64,000 nucleotides of DNA from Camelus dromedarius (lineage: Eukaryota). The DNA lies in assembly GCF_036321535.1 (NCBI RefSeq), contig NC_087436.1:77812001-77876000 (forward strand), given 5' to 3'. The notes beneath the pieces were generated by a model, which was not told the origin of the DNA, did no database searches, and saw nothing but the letters and a program-made list of their open reading frames with translations. Below, piece after piece: positions 10,381 to 23,888 of this stretch. The position numbers and the translations under genes were made by a program. The stretch's first letter is position 1. Every line of letters begins with the position of its first letter.

Positions 10381-11777
10381 TCAATCAGTGTATCTTACTT
10401 ACAGCCTGAGATTTCTGATAGTCTTGCCTTCACCATCTTCTCTAAAAGCCAACCTTCAGACAGCAGGGTGAGAGCTACAGAAAAGAGCATGAGGATGCTA
10501 AAAAGATTTCCATCATATGTTCAGAGGAAAAGCAAATGGAGAAAGACAGTCTCAATAAACAACAAAGTCTACGAAACTTTTGAAGAATGTATTTGTTCTT
10601 TACCTATACTATTTAGTACAACACAAGGAATTTTATCTAGGTCAGTGATTCTTATACTTTAAAACACAATTGAGCCCACAGGGAGCTTGTTCATAATTCA
10701 GATACCTGCTCCTCACACCCTTGGCTAGTCTGATTCACTAGGTGTGGAGAGAGTCTGTAGTCTGGCTCCCAGTGTTCAGTGCTCCCTGTCACCTTCCCTG
10801 CTTGACTTTTCTTCCCAGCGCTTAATCACCTTCAATGATCCTAGATAAGTAAATTACCTCGTGTGTGTATTGGTTCTTTGTCAGTTTCCTCCCATGTGCT
10901 TTGTTCACCAGGATGGTGTCTGGCAGAGGGGTGCTCCAAGGGAAGGAAAGAAGGCAGCCTGGGCAATCAGCCATGTGTCTTCTCAAAGCTCTATCCGTTT
11001 ATTGTTAGAACCAGACGGCAATCTCTAAACTGAGACGTCCACTTAAATAATAAACTGGATGCCAGGCCCAGCACAGGCTATTGATGACTCTTCTGAGGAC
11101 CAGCACACATGAATCCCACCCTCTTCACTCTTACCTCCCAGCTGACTTCCCTGCCTCTCATTACTACTCACCAGACTGTGTCCAATGTCAAGGAGAACCA
11201 GGAAACTCTGAGGTTGTCAAAGACTAAGACAAGGGTGAACTTGCCCTTTCTCATCTAAACATGAAGGAAAGAAATGTGAAAGAAGAAAATTAAAGATAAA
11301 AAAGAGAATTCTCTAGACTGAGCCTGGAGGCAGCTGAGTGGGACTTTGCCCAGAAGCTGCCTAGTTAACAAGTGCTGCTCAACTTTCACAAAAGAAGCTT
11401 TAATAAACTCTACAGAGCATTTCATTTTGGGTCCACGAAAACCCAAATCTGAATCATTTTACATCTCTCCTTTCTAAAGAGTTTGGTATGTCTTACTTTG
11501 AAGGAGGAAATTGTGAGAAACTTGGGTAAACTCAGACATTAATGAGCTGAGAACTTGGCTCAGGCTCACATAAGACTTAAGATCTCGAACTCACTCCATC
11601 AGGCTAATTAAAGGGAGCCAGAAAAAAGTCAAAATGGGACTAAATAGGGAAAAATCTTAGGTTATACTTTAAGCTGTGTCATTTAACTATTTAAATACCT
11701 GTCTTATTTAAAAGAGATCTAATTATGTGGTAAGTATGAAAATCGTATAATGGATATTTTTGTTTTGTTTTTTATAG

Positions 11778-11827
11778 CCATTGTGTTATTTACAAAAAGG
11801 ATAGGCCCAATTGACTTTGATCATAGA
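11778..11827 (+). CDS. Candidate coding exon, chain 2 (xIVLFTKRIGPIDFDHR)
   Basis: Acceptor ttttgttttttatAG and donor AGA|GTAAGT. 50 nt, only one open frame, phase 1 to phase 0. Confidence 0.5.
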
Positions 11828-11984
11828 GTAAGTTTCTATAAAGAAAATTTACCCTATTGACTTTTATGACAAATTGGAGGATATCCAGAGAAAAATAATA
11901 GTATAATAGTAAGTGAGAATAGCAGCTTCTTTCAAAACACTCAACACAAGAAGTGCTCACAGCTGTCTTTCTCCTATCTTGTAG

Positions 11985-12074
11985 ATGATGTTTGTGTTTT
12001 CTGATGTATTTGCACCATATATTGCACAAATAAAAATTAATTTGGAGCAAATACATTTTTTTAATTATCCCTGG
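11985..12074 (+). CDS. Candidate coding exon, chain 2 (MMFVFSDVFAPYIAQIKINLEQIHFFNYPW)
   Basis: Acceptor ctttctcctatcttgtAG and donor TGG|GTAATT. 90 nt; only frame 0 is open, matching the upstream phase. Confidence 0.5.
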
Positions 12075-12174
12075 GTAATTTAATTTTACCACTTCTTCTT
12101 TCAATAAATATTTTTTTATAATGCCTAATAATGCTAAGCACTGGAAGGAATTAAATAAATTATGTTCCTGACAG

Positions 12175-12225
12175 TTTCTATATAGTAAATACACAGTGGA
12201 CTGTCAAATAAACAATATCTATTAA
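12175..12225 (+). CDS. Candidate terminal coding exon, chain 2 (FLYSKYTVDCQINNIY*)
   Basis: Acceptor tatgttcctgacAG and TAA at 12223-25. AATAAA at 12207-12 and ATTAAA at 12221-26, with a GT-rich tract near 12259-12273. Confidence 0.4.
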   Translation, partial: FLYSKYTVDCQINNIY

Positions 12226-12642
12226 ATATATAATATAAACTCAGAATTATTCTGTCACTGTAGTGTTGGTGGGAAAAGTGTGGAGAAAAAAAGATGATTT
12301 AGTCCTAGTGCCTTCAAAATGCCAAGAGAAAATAATTTCAACATCAAATTCTAGAATCAAATGCAGATGGAGATGGTTTGTAGAATTTTAAGTGTTCATG
12401 GTAGTAAATTTTGCTTCGTAGATTTGAAGGGACATACTTTTACAAGTAAGTTTATGAAATCATTAGTTACAAATACGAAGTAAAATAAAGTTAAAATAAA
12501 TTATTATTTTCTGTTTGAAAAAATGTTTAAGTGAAAATTATTGATTCATTTGGGGGCAAACCAAAGACAATATAAAATTGGTATCTTGGTATCTGAAATC
12601 ACTTTACCACATGCATTTTAAGAATATTGCTTCTTTACTGCT

Positions 12643-12931
12643 TGTTGGTCAAAGGATACAAACTTGCAAGTACAAGATGAATGAGTTCTGGAGATCTAGT
12701 GCACAGCATGGTGGTTATAGTTAGTAAGACTGTGTTGTATACTTCGAAGTTGCTAAGAGACTAGATCTCAAAATATCCTCACCAAATAGAAATGATAATT
12801 ATGTGATGATGGAGGTGTTAGCTAACACAACAGTGGTAACCATATTGCAATACATAAATGTATCAAATCAACACCTTGTAGACCTTAAACTTACACAGTA
12901 TTATAGGTCAATTATATCTCAATTCAAAAAA
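12643..12931 (+). mobile_element. Older L1 3' UTR (L1MA-like)
   Basis: ggtcaaaggatacaaact...gttctggagatcta...aaatcaacaccttgtagaccttaaacttacac...tatatctcaat followed by A-tail. Confidence 0.85.
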
Positions 12932-13289
12932 TCATTATGTTGTACATCTTTAACTTTAAAAAAAGGTATTGTTTCTAAATATGAAAATAACTACCAGAAG
13001 AAATAGTTAAGAGTTAAAAGCAGTTACCACACCATGTAGAGTAGGACTATAGTGAACTGGTTTTGTGGGATTTTTTTTTTCCATTATTACAGCCTCCTGG
13101 GATGATTCATTTTTTAAACTATCAAATGTATTTAGTTTATTTTAAATGTTCAGTGAAATAAAAGATCTTCATTACAAAATAAACAAAGAACAAACGTCAT
13201 TTCTTAAAACACTGTCCCCAGCCAGTTTTATAACCATGACATATACCAAGTCACTTTTGCTAGTTCCCAAAGTGTACATATTCCCTCCA

Positions 13290-13623
13290 TGATTGGTTTC
13301 AAGCTACTAAGATTACATCACTGAATGTAGAGTTGGGAAGAAATGCAAAGTAATTTACCATTATATAATATGTCTATCATACAGATATAATAAGTTTAAA
13401 TACACTTAATAGCATAGATAATACTGAAATGCAGTAAAATAATTAAGAAATGATGAGTTTTGATTATTTATTAACTTTACTTTTAATTTACCTTAATTTA
13501 TTTAACTGTAGGTTTGTATCATTTGAGATTTTTTTAAATGGCTGGTTTTAAAGCATGCAAATTCCTGGAAATTTAACAATTGCCACTCACAAGCCTGTGT
13601 GAGCCAGATTCACCACACAGCTG
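13290..13623 (-). mobile_element. MER63-family hAT DNA transposon remnant
   Basis: gtttcaagctact...cactgaatgtagagttgggaagaaatgca...gagccagattcaccacacagctg is the reverse complement of the copy at 20408, with a longer internal part. Confidence 0.7.
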
Positions 13624-14079
13624 ACAGGTGACATTAACATCCATCACACTCTTGTGCAGTTAAATGGATGTTAGATGGATGGGTGGATGGATCAAAACGT
13701 AACTAACTGAAAATACTAACTATCCAGCGGCAAGTCTCAGGGATAGGTTTTCTCTATTGTAATTAACACTTTAAAAGTTGAAGGCAATGCATCCACAGTG
13801 ATAGTCATTCTGCACGGTGCTATTGTCATCTATACAAGCAATGTTGGTTGTTCTTGCATAAAAGCATAATTGGTTATTTTCTGACAGGTTTGGATACATT
13901 CATAAAAAAATGGAATGTTTCACCAAGGAACACTATCTTGAAATCTAAAGAAACTACCAACAATCATCAGAAACCATAAATCAGGATCCAGAGTGGATAT
14001 TTGCCTAGATTATCTGATGAGGCTATGTTAATAGAATTCAGTTCTTCAAAAAAATTACAAGTATTTGAGGACAGATTTA

Positions 14080-14250
14080 TGTATATATATATGTATTTAT
14101 ATATGTATTCTTTTTCATTATAAGTTACTACAAAATACTGAATATAGTTCCCTGTGCTATATAGGAGGAACTTGTTGTTTATTTATTCTATATACAGTAG
14201 TTTGTATCTGCTAATCCCAAACTCCCAATTTATCGTCTCCCTCCCCACCC
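14080..14250 (-). mobile_element. L1 3' UTR fragment
   Basis: gaatatagttccctgtgctata...gtttgtatctgctaatcccaaactcccaattt. Confidence 0.85.
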
Positions 14251-15395
14251 TTTTGTGTCTGGCTCATTTTTCTGGTCTCCATAGCACTTACACAATGTTT
14301 AAAACTAGGTTGAGATTTACCCCTCGGTATGGCAATAGTCTTTTCTCCTAATAAACTGTGCACTGTCCTTGAAGGTGAAGTTTTTATCTTGTCATCTCTA
14401 TGTGTCAGAGCCTGGTTGACATTAACCTCTCACTAAACATTAGTTTAGTTAGACTGAAGAGTTGTCTGATAAATATTTATGGAATTAAATTATCTAGGTT
14501 GAGTCAAAACCTAATTTAGTGTTATGTTGGCATAACCCAAAAAAGGCTATAAAATAGGTAAGGCTTTGTATCATTAGTCAGTATAATATATGTTAGCTGA
14601 ATTCAAATTCCAGCTTTGTATATTACATGCTTCCAGAACCTCATGAAATACATAATTCCCATAAACCTTAGTTTCTCCATCTTAACATGTAGATGATAAT
14701 AATATGGTTAATATTAAATCTGTGTTAAGTGTTTAACATATATTTAGCACACAGTGAGCACTAAATAAATGTTTGCTGCTTTATTATTATGCCTTAATAT
14801 CACAGATAAATCTGATATGTGGTCATAATACATGATTGGCTTAAAGGGTAACTAGGTCTTTAAAACAGTGAAACATACTCCCAACTGCCAGCCACAAGGC
14901 TTCTCAGAAAAGTGAATTTTATAAAGCCCGTCAGATTGTCACCGTTTCCCTTCTAGATGCAACCTGTGATCTGTTAACCTAAATCCAGTCTAAGTATTAA
15001 GGGACCACTGAGTTCTACTCTTTCTCTGCCTTGGGTTTGCTTGGAGAAGTCAATCTAGCAGAATACTGCTCTTCACAATATCTCAGTGGATCTTCATGCC
15101 AACCATGGATGTTAACATGTTTTATTCACACCCCAACAGGAAACCTGTTTCTTGAGGGCAAAATCTCAAGCACAAAATACAGAATTTTGACTCATCAGTC
15201 CCTACCACACAAAGCCCTGTCTAGAACAGAACATCTCCTCACTTAGATTACATAAGATCTCATCTCACTTCCTCACCAAGATTTCTGTCTGGAGATGTGT
15301 GGGTCAGGGAAATCAATTATGTGTATTTATCCCTGATTCTCAGTTCTTAAAGTGAAATTGAATATTGAGGTTTTTTTAAAAAAAAAAAAAAGTTG

Positions 15396-15897
15396 AAAAT
15401 TCCTTGATGCCTTTTCAATTAAGAAGTAGGGTCTATGTTTCCTTTCTTGGAATCTGGGTGGGCTCATAACAACAACTTTTGACCAATAGAGTATGACAGA
15501 AGGGACACTATATTGCTTCTGACGTTCGTTGTTAAAGGCCTTGCATCTTTCACCTTGTTCATTGGCCCTCTCTCTCGAGCAGTCAGGGATGTCTTGTTAA
15601 GATGCAGAGGCCAGAAACAGACTTTCTGGCCAATGGTTCCCAGTGAAGCCAAACTTGAGTCCCTCCAGCCCAGGAGTCAGACATGTGAGTGGAAAAGCTT
15701 CCAGATGATCCCAGCTCTCAACCATTCAGGTCACCACTGTCTGTTCCACTCTCAGGTTTATGGAGTAGAGGAAAGGATCTCTACTGTGCTCACGCAAAAT
15801 CCCTGGCCTCCAGAATCTGTGAGCACAGTAAAATGATCGTTGTTCTGTTCCCCTGAATTAGAGGTGGTTTGTTTTGCAGCAATAGTAACTGAAACAT
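15396..15897 (+). mobile_element. MaLR LTR (MLT1F/G-like)
   Basis: ggtctatgtttcctttcttggaatctgggtgggc...cagacatgtgagtgg...gtggtttgttttgcagcaatagtaactgaaaca. Confidence 0.75.
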
Positions 15898-16944
15898 TTA
15901 ACATGAGCCACAGGGAAGCCAAACAGGTGAATATTTACTGCAAAAAAGAAGCACACTGTTTGAGGGAGGAGCATGGAAGGACGTTGTTGCCAGGAAACCA
16001 GACACAGGTGCTTATTGTACATGTATGAGCATCTCCTACATCCTTTTAGGACCAGCTAATGTTGTCATCTTCGGCCTAATCTGCCTCTGTCTTGTGGTCC
16101 CATTTCTCACGCTACACTAGACACCCCAAAGATGGCTCCAAGACAATTTCCCTGATTAACTGTATGAGAGATACAGCTATAAGTGGGAAGAAATTTTTTA
16201 ATTGAGAGAAGGAGAAATCTCTCCTACTGGGGTAAGGAAGAAAAAGCATAAGTCTGGAAAGCTCTTTTTCTAAAGATTACTTGAACTCTGTTCTTTTGAA
16301 ATGAATAAGAAAAACTGAAAGAATGAGGAAAAACATTTTTTAAAAACCTGGTGAAAAAGAAAGATGCTTTATTAATTCATCTAACCAACTCGTGCACAAA
16401 ATTTTATGATAACTAGAAGATCCTGTATATTTAATAGTGCCTGCTTTTGTCTCTTTGACCTGATATGTCTTCACAACATAAGTGATGTGGCAAAATATTT
16501 AAGACTTTGCTACACGCTGTATTTCTTACTCATATTGCTTAAGCTGAAAAATCAAAACACTATCAATTATAAAACTGAAAGCCAGTATAATACTCATGGC
16601 TGCAAACTAAGTAAATCTTATATAAATGATAGTACAAAAATAATAACTAATGCATTTTAATAAAAAGCAACTCATTAATTTAAAAAAGTCTCTGTAACTC
16701 CCTGTAGTTCTTTAGGGGCATTATTTGGCATGGATCTTGGTAATGAATGACAGCTCCAATTCAAAAATAATAATGGTATTTACCCATTTAATGCTTATAA
16801 CAAACAGCCCTGTGAATTGGGTATATTTTCTCCCATTTTACAGGTCAAGAGATGTGTAGGCCCAAGGATGTGCCACTGGTAAGGTAGAGCCAGAATAAAA
16901 CAGAGGGTGATCTATTCTCAGATAGTGACTATTTTTGTTTATTT

Positions 16945-17790
16945 GTTTATTGAAGTACAGTCAATTATAATGTGTCAATTTCTGGTGTACAGCACAATGT
17001 CCCAGTAATGCACATACATACATATATTCCTTTTCATATTTTTTTGATTAAAGTTTATTACAAGATATTGAACATAGTTCACTGTGCTATACAGAAGAAA
17101 CTTTTTAAAAATCTTTTTATATATAGTGGCTAACATTTGTAAATCTCATACTCCCAAATTTATATGTTCCAACCCCTTTTCCCCAGTAACCATAAGATTA
17201 TTTACTATGTCTGCAAGTCTGTTTCTGTTTTGTAGATGAGTTCATAGCATCCTTTTTTTTAACATTCTGCATATGAGTGATATCACATGGTATTTTTCTT
17301 TCTCTTTCTGGCTTACTTCACTTAGAATGATGATCTCTAGGCCCATCCATGTTGCTGCAAATGGCATTATTTTATTCTTTTTTATGGCTGAGTAGTATTC
17401 CATTATATAAATATACCACAGCTTCTTTATCCAGTCATTTATCGATGGACATTTAGATTGTGTCCATATCTTGGTTATTGTATACAGTGCTGCTATAAAC
17501 ATTGGAATGCATGTATCTTTTCAAATTAGAGTTTCCTCCAGATATATACCCAGGAATGGGATTGCTGGATCATATGGTAAGTCTGTTTTTAGTTTTTTGA
17601 GGAATCTCCATACAGTTTTTTCATAATAGCTGCACCAAACTACATTCCCACCAACAGTGTAGGAGGGTTCTCTTTTCTCTACACCCTCTCCAGCATTTAT
17701 CATTTGTGAACTTTTTAAGGTTGGCCATTCTGACGTGTGTGAAGTGATATCTCATTGCAGATTTGATTTGCATTTCTTTGGTACTTAGTT
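16945..17790 (-). mobile_element. 5'-truncated L1 (ORF2 C-terminus and 3' UTR)
   Basis: ORFs 17242-17703 encode L1 ORF2 C-terminal motifs (LPYDPAIP; MFIAALYTITKIW...EYYSAIKKN). Confidence 0.95.
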
Positions 17791-18084
17791 ATATATATCC
17801 TGCATTACTGAGCATATTCTGGACATGTGAGAACTTCTGTTTTGACTAGGAATCAACAAGAATGAAATCCTTTGCTTAAAATTGTACATATCCAGTGACT
17901 GAAATAATTTTCCACAGATTAGCTCTTGAGTCTATCTATTTCCAGCCTTGTCTCTCTTCTAGGACCCTCCTGTTTCCAGTGCTGAGTCCTAGTGTGTCAC
18001 AATACACCTCCAGTCCTGCACCTTTGTGTCACACACCACACGTGAAAACCACATCACAGAGGAAAAACCATCAATAATGTAACT

Positions 18085-18332
18085 GATTGTAAACCCCACA
18101 GATCATATCAACCTAAATCTGCTCTCATCTTAAGATCCCCAAAATTTTCACAGCCAACCCAAGACCCCCTGACAGGAGACTAAATATGACAGACAGAGGT
18201 GTGAACAGATTACAGTTAAACGTCATACTTTTGTAAAATTTACAAAAACACGTGTCTGTATGAAGACATTGCTTGGGCTACTCCATGGCCCTGAAGTTTA
18301 AGCTCCATCAGTGTCACGGTCAACCACCTCTG
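18085..18332 (-). mobile_element. Arthur1-like hAT DNA transposon fragment
   Basis: Ends in ggccctgaagtttaagctccatcagtgtcacggtcaaccacctctg, matching the reverse complement of the recalled Arthur1 terminus; internal cttttgtaaaatttacaaaaac. Confidence 0.6.
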
Positions 18333-20407
18333 TCTCTGTGAAAAGCGTGGTAGAGAAGAGTCTGCAGAAAGATTGAAAAATTATTAGGATCCCAAAATCT
18401 TCCTTTCATTCTTTGACTTAGACTTTCTTTGGCCAAGGAGAGAATCAAAATCCTAATTATCTAAGGATCTGTCCACAGTGAAATTTCTTTGCCGATAAAC
18501 CTTATCTGCACTGGGCTGTAAAAGGGCAAACCAGGGCACTTAGAATATCCAAATAATTTAAGCTGCAAAATCACATCACCTAATCAATTAAAAAGTGTTC
18601 TTGACTAAATTCATTTGCATATTTATATTAAGTCTCCACTTCACTTGGATTGTATGATCTACAGGGCTGCATTTAATTATAACAACTGTTCTTTCATTTA
18701 TCAACCACAACTGATGCTAATGGTGAGTGTTATCTCACTATTCAGTATAAAGTACCCCATGATCCACAAGAAGAAGTAATCTTCAAGCTGGAAGGGCTTG
18801 AACTAACACGATAGTGAGGAAATGGAAACCCGGGATAAGTGGAAAGCAGTTAGAAATAAAGCTCTTAGTGGCTTTAAATAAACACAGATCTCCAGACAGA
18901 GATGAATCGCTTCTCAAAGTACTAGGAGAATTTGCAAATGTGAATATTGCTCATTTTTGTAACTGTTGCATAATCACAGAAAACAGAGGCGATGCTGAGA
19001 GTCTAGAAGCAGAAAAGTTGCCCCCCTCCAAAAAGAGGAGATAGACATATTTGGTGTCAATTTCTAATAAAAGGCTAAAATAGATGATTATTTTATCAAG
19101 TAGGAATTCCACAATGACCAAGTCAAGAATCAAATGTGATTTCTGGCTACTGGCCACAATTCTGGCTGTTAAAGAAAACAAGCTACTCATCTCTGAGTTT
19201 AACTTGGTTCAACTCAGCCATTTTCTCCTTCAGGTTTACGATTAGAAAGACCCTCTCTCAGGGTTTTTTTCTCATCCTTTCCTCCTTGAGGTTGATTCTA
19301 AGCCCAAGCAGGGCATTTTAGAAATTTCCATGTTGTCTCCCTTCCTAGGAGGGAGGCAGCTGATTATGTTTTGAGTTGGTTCTGTCTGCCCACATCCCGT
19401 GTGAGCCTTCTGCTCCACGAATACATTCTTGCCAGAAGGTCCTCGGGGCAGGCAGTGCATACTACCCCCTCCAAGAGCAACCTGGCTGATCCCCATGGAG
19501 CGGGATAGGCTGCCCCTGGAGTCTAGAAACGCCCCCATCAACCTCAGCCTGAGATGTGACCAAGGCCCAGGGTCTCTCCTCCGAGACATCACAGGAATCG
19601 CTACTTGTTTATTTGGGATAACCTGCTCCATTCCCGTGGGTGTCTGTCAATAGCCTTCAGAGCAAATTGATGCTGCTTCTATGAATTCTGAATGATCCTC
19701 CTTTTTCAGAAGTGAAAATGACAGCTCACAAACCTGGATGTGCCAAGAGGAGGGGGAATGCCCTGAACTGCCTGAGAAATTGCAGAATTCAGTGGAGGTT
19801 TCTTTGATTTTGTAAGATTACATATGCTCCTGGAGAGCAGAATGGGAGTCCAAGTATGAAGTGAAGCTCAGCTTTAGAAAACAAATATCTGATTTTTCAC
19901 AATTGATGCCTGATAAAGATACCACTGTCCTTTAAGCACTTAGAAAAGGAAGAATTTCTCACTCAGAGCCCACATGAGTTTACAAGCAATAACTTCTATT
20001 AAACTAACCACCATTTCTTAAGTTTAAAACAATTTGAGAAATCAAGGGGAAACTATGCATCTTGATTGAAGAAAAGTAATACTTTTTTGTGTAGCATCTC
20101 AGAGCCGATGACACAGGAGTAGAATTACTTTAAATTCCAATCTTTCAAGTGAGGAAAATGAGGCTTAGGTGACATCCTGAAGGCTGAACACTCAAACAGC
20201 AATAGAGGCTGAACTTAAAATCTGAGCTCTTGGCTTTCAGGCCATTCACAGGCATGTTATGTGTCAGATGCTGTGCTAGAAGTTAAGTATGTAAAGATGG
20301 ACAGTCACAGTCCTAGCGTTAGGAAGCACAAAGCTAAGGCAGAAACATAAAATACACCCCAGCTGGCCCCAATCTCTGGGACCAAGGGAGCTCCTGGCAC
20401 TTTTCTC

Positions 20408-20618
20408 CATGGGGTGTGCTGGAGCTGGCTCTCCACCAGCCCACAAAGCCAAGTGTATGCATCTCTTCCCAATTCCATGTTCAGTGACATTGTGTAGATG
20501 TATTGAAATTGGCAGTAGGGAGAAAATTTACACCAGGGGCATCGGCAAACCAGCAAACATCCCAAACTGAGGCACCACCCCCACAGCCAGTTTTAAAGCA
20601 TTTACCAGCACACCACTG
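20408..20618 (+). mobile_element. MER63A-like non-autonomous hAT element, near full length
   Basis: Termini catggggtgtgctgg and ccagcacaccactg; internal catctcttcccaattccatgttcagtgac. Confidence 0.85.
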
Positions 20619-22301
20619 CCTCAGGAACCCTCTTGTTTTTCAACTTCTTTTTGCTGCTACTGTCTTCTCTAACCCTGAACTCTGCTCTCCACAAAGCTTC
20701 CAAAATTTTCTTGTGCTCCTATAAAAAAAAGATCTTATCATTTTAAAGGAATTGAGGCTACCACAAAGGTAACAAGAAATCCAATAAGCACATGAAGAAG
20801 CTATAATAATTCCTAGAGTCTGCACTGTTCTTACCATCCTGGCCTCTGGTTGTTTTCCTAGTTCAGCTCTGAGTTCGTAAATGAGTAAGATAATGTATGT
20901 AAGTTCCTAGCACAGTGCTTGTACGCTAGGTACTCTGGTTCTTGGAGGTGCATTTAAATAATGAGCACAGGGAATATTCTGTCCTTCAAATATGGTCCAG
21001 CTAACATGGGCATCCAAGTGAGCTCTGAGCCTGCCTTGCTCGTACTTTGTCTCTTCCAGTCCTGGGCACATACTTGGGAGATTGTTGGCTCTGTGCTTAC
21101 AGCCTGTGGCTACTCCTTTCCATACAGTTATCTGGCCATTGAAGTCACTGAGCCTAGCTTTGACATTAAATGAACCATGTTTTAATGAAGTGAGCTAACC
21201 AGGGTTTAGTATTTGGATTGAGAGGGAAAATGAATTTTCTGGGCAACTTCTCAGTTCTTTATTTAACATTGCTTGAGTGGTAGCAGATAGATTACCCAGG
21301 GTATTTTATGCCTTCAACTAGTTAATGAACATCTCAATTAATAGCCCAAGATAGGTTTCAAATATAGCCTGTGAGAGATGAATTCTAGAAGTTAAATGGT
21401 TTTTAACTTTGTCTGTACAGGGAGATGACTTCATGACCGATTCTAGTAAATGCTTAAGCAAATGACCTTCATTATATATCTAGTGTCATCTTCTGATGAG
21501 TGCATATTTTAAACAGCCTAAAAATACATTCTTTAGTGGATGCAAAAAAAAAAAATCTCTATGTTTAAGTCCAAATGGCCTTCTCTACTTCCCTTAGAGA
21601 TGTAAATAAGGTTTGTTATCTTGTCAGTGGGATTCTGTCCATTAGGTATATTATTATATTATACACTAAGAATTGGCACAGGATGTAAATCATACTAATT
21701 ATTTTTCTGAAAAGTATCTGATCTAGGCAGTACTAAAAACAGCCATTGCATACGGAAAAGATACTACAAATCAATCCTCAGTTTTTTTTTTTAACATAAT
21801 CTCTATCCAATTACATTTAAAGATTTAAAGATGTTTTAAGGAAATGTATTCACTCAATAGAATAAAGAGAACAGAGTTAATTTGTCAGCATAGGGAAACT
21901 ATTTTTGATAAATCAGGGAGAATATTAGAATAAATACATGCATACTACAAAGTTCCATTCAGTTAGTTCTGAATTTTCAAGCCAAGAAGAATACAATCAA
22001 ATGTTTTAGTCGTAGCGTCCATATGATAAATAATAACTGGTTGAGGAAAAGTATAGTTCTTACCACATACAAATCTTCTTCTCATGTATGCTCAGCTATC
22101 AATAGTAGACCTGTAGTTTAATCAGTTTGGTAGACTTCTCTAGCAATTACAAGAGCATGGTTCAGTCTAGCCTCAGGCCTGGCACCTTCCTTCTGTGGCC
22201 AGTAATAGTGGTCTTAGAATCTGTGCCAAAGAGCAGTGTTGTTAATGGATGGGTCTTGTGATTTATTTCCCCTTGAGTAGTGGAGAATTATTTGCAAGAC
22301 A

Positions 22302-22304
<3 letters not shown>

Positions 22305-22370
<66 letters not shown>

Positions 22371-22432
22371 AATAGACAGATAGATAGATAAAGACAGGGA
22401 CAAAAGAGGAAAACAATGATTTTGAAATATAG

Positions 22433-22490
<58 letters not shown>
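22305..22490. repeat. Compound (TA)n/(TG)n/(GATA)n microsatellites
   Basis: Seen directly. Confidence 0.95.
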
Positions 22491-22491
<1 letters not shown>

Positions 22492-22971
22492 AATACATTT
22501 TATATTTATTTATAGCACTAGAGTTGATCTTCTCATTGAAAAACCCACTCCTCTGGGAGAAGAGAAAAAGCCAAGCTCCTTCTCAAAATATTCTGAAAAG
22601 CAGAACTGATTTCTGAAGAAAAGGCAGTATTTATTTGCATATTGAGCCCAAGGATTTGGAGGCAAGGAGGGAGGAAGACTGAACTCATGGTTACCAAAGA
22701 ATGTAAGTTAGAGAAACCGGTGGGCCAGGTGGGATTTGACTAGGGTTTACTGGCAGCAGAGATCATTGAAGGCTCCATGTTGTTCAAGGGAAGTCAGTTT
22801 TGATGACCTTCATTCAGCACAAGGTCTTGGGAATCGCTTGGGAGGACCAGTTCCAACACAGGGGTAACTGAAGCCAGAAATCACTCTATAGCTTAGCCCA
22901 GTGGCTGTGCTTTGGGTAACAACCACTGGCCATGTGGGTATAAACTGAAAACAGCATTAGCTTAGGATTCT

Positions 22972-23350
22972 TTTTCTTTCTTTCTTTTTTTAAATTGAAG
23001 TATAGTCAGTTACAATGTGTCAATTTCTGGTGTACAGCACAATGTCCCAGTCATGCATATATATACATATATTCATTTTCATATTCTTTTTCATTAAAGA
23101 TTATTATAAGGTATTGAATATGGTTCCCTGCACTATACAGAAGAAATTTGTTTTTTTTGCCTATTTTCATATACAGTGGTTAACATTTGCAAATCTCAGA
23201 CTCTCAAATTTATCCCTTCCCACCCTCTTTCCCCAGTAACCATGATTGTTTTTACTATGTCTACAAGTCTGTTTCTTTTGTAGATAGCAGCACTATATAT
23301 AATAATATATAATAAGCCAAGACATGGAAGCAACCTAAGTGTCCATCAAC
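22972..23350 (-). mobile_element. Truncated L1 with inverted 5' segment
   Basis: Minus-strand 3' UTR to about 23285, then a plus-strand L1 piece (agccaagacatggaagcaacctaagtgtccatcaac). Degenerate TSD at 22959-22971 and 23351-23363. Confidence 0.85.
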
Positions 23351-23842
23351 AGCCTAGAATTCTAAGCAAAGGGCACCAATGAGTTTTGAATAGACGGCAA
23401 GCCATTCCTCAACCACCTGATGCCAGACTGCAGTGGCCAAAAGCAATGGAGCCCATGGACTGATTCACTGTTCCAGTTTTCTTTGTACCTGGCATTTGGA
23501 AGCATATTAATCCCAGCTTCCCTCCCCAATTTAATTAAACCCTCAAGGTTGTTGAGCAATTTAGTGGGGTAGAGAAAGCATTAAGAGAGTGATTCTGGAC
23601 TTCTGTCAATAAGAAAAGGTCTTCTCAAGAGAATGGAAAAATGTGAGAGATATGGCTGTAGTTATTCCCCAGGCTTGTGAAACAAGTAGTAACAATGTCA
23701 TGGGACTCAGATACAGTGAGCTGATCAACCACACATTTAGCCCTAAACTTGCCAGTTGACTTCTGCTAAGCTTCATTTCCCACGTTCAAATGAAGGGGAA
23801 GGAGTCAGAATGCACATTTATCCAGCGTCTATGTCGGGCAAA

Positions 23843-23888
23843 CGAATGAATGAATGAATGAATGAATGAATGAATGAATGAATGAATG
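23843..23888. repeat. (GAAT)n microsatellite
   Basis: Seen directly. Confidence 0.95.

Noticed and set aside
11828..11984. Intron of identical length (157 nt) to 5021-5177, suggesting duplication
   Set aside because: No visible sequence similarity and different phases; treated as coincidence.
11790..12194. 134-aa minus-strand ORF
   Set aside because: Antisense to the + strand exon chain, non-ATG start, and no supporting splice or poly(A) signals.
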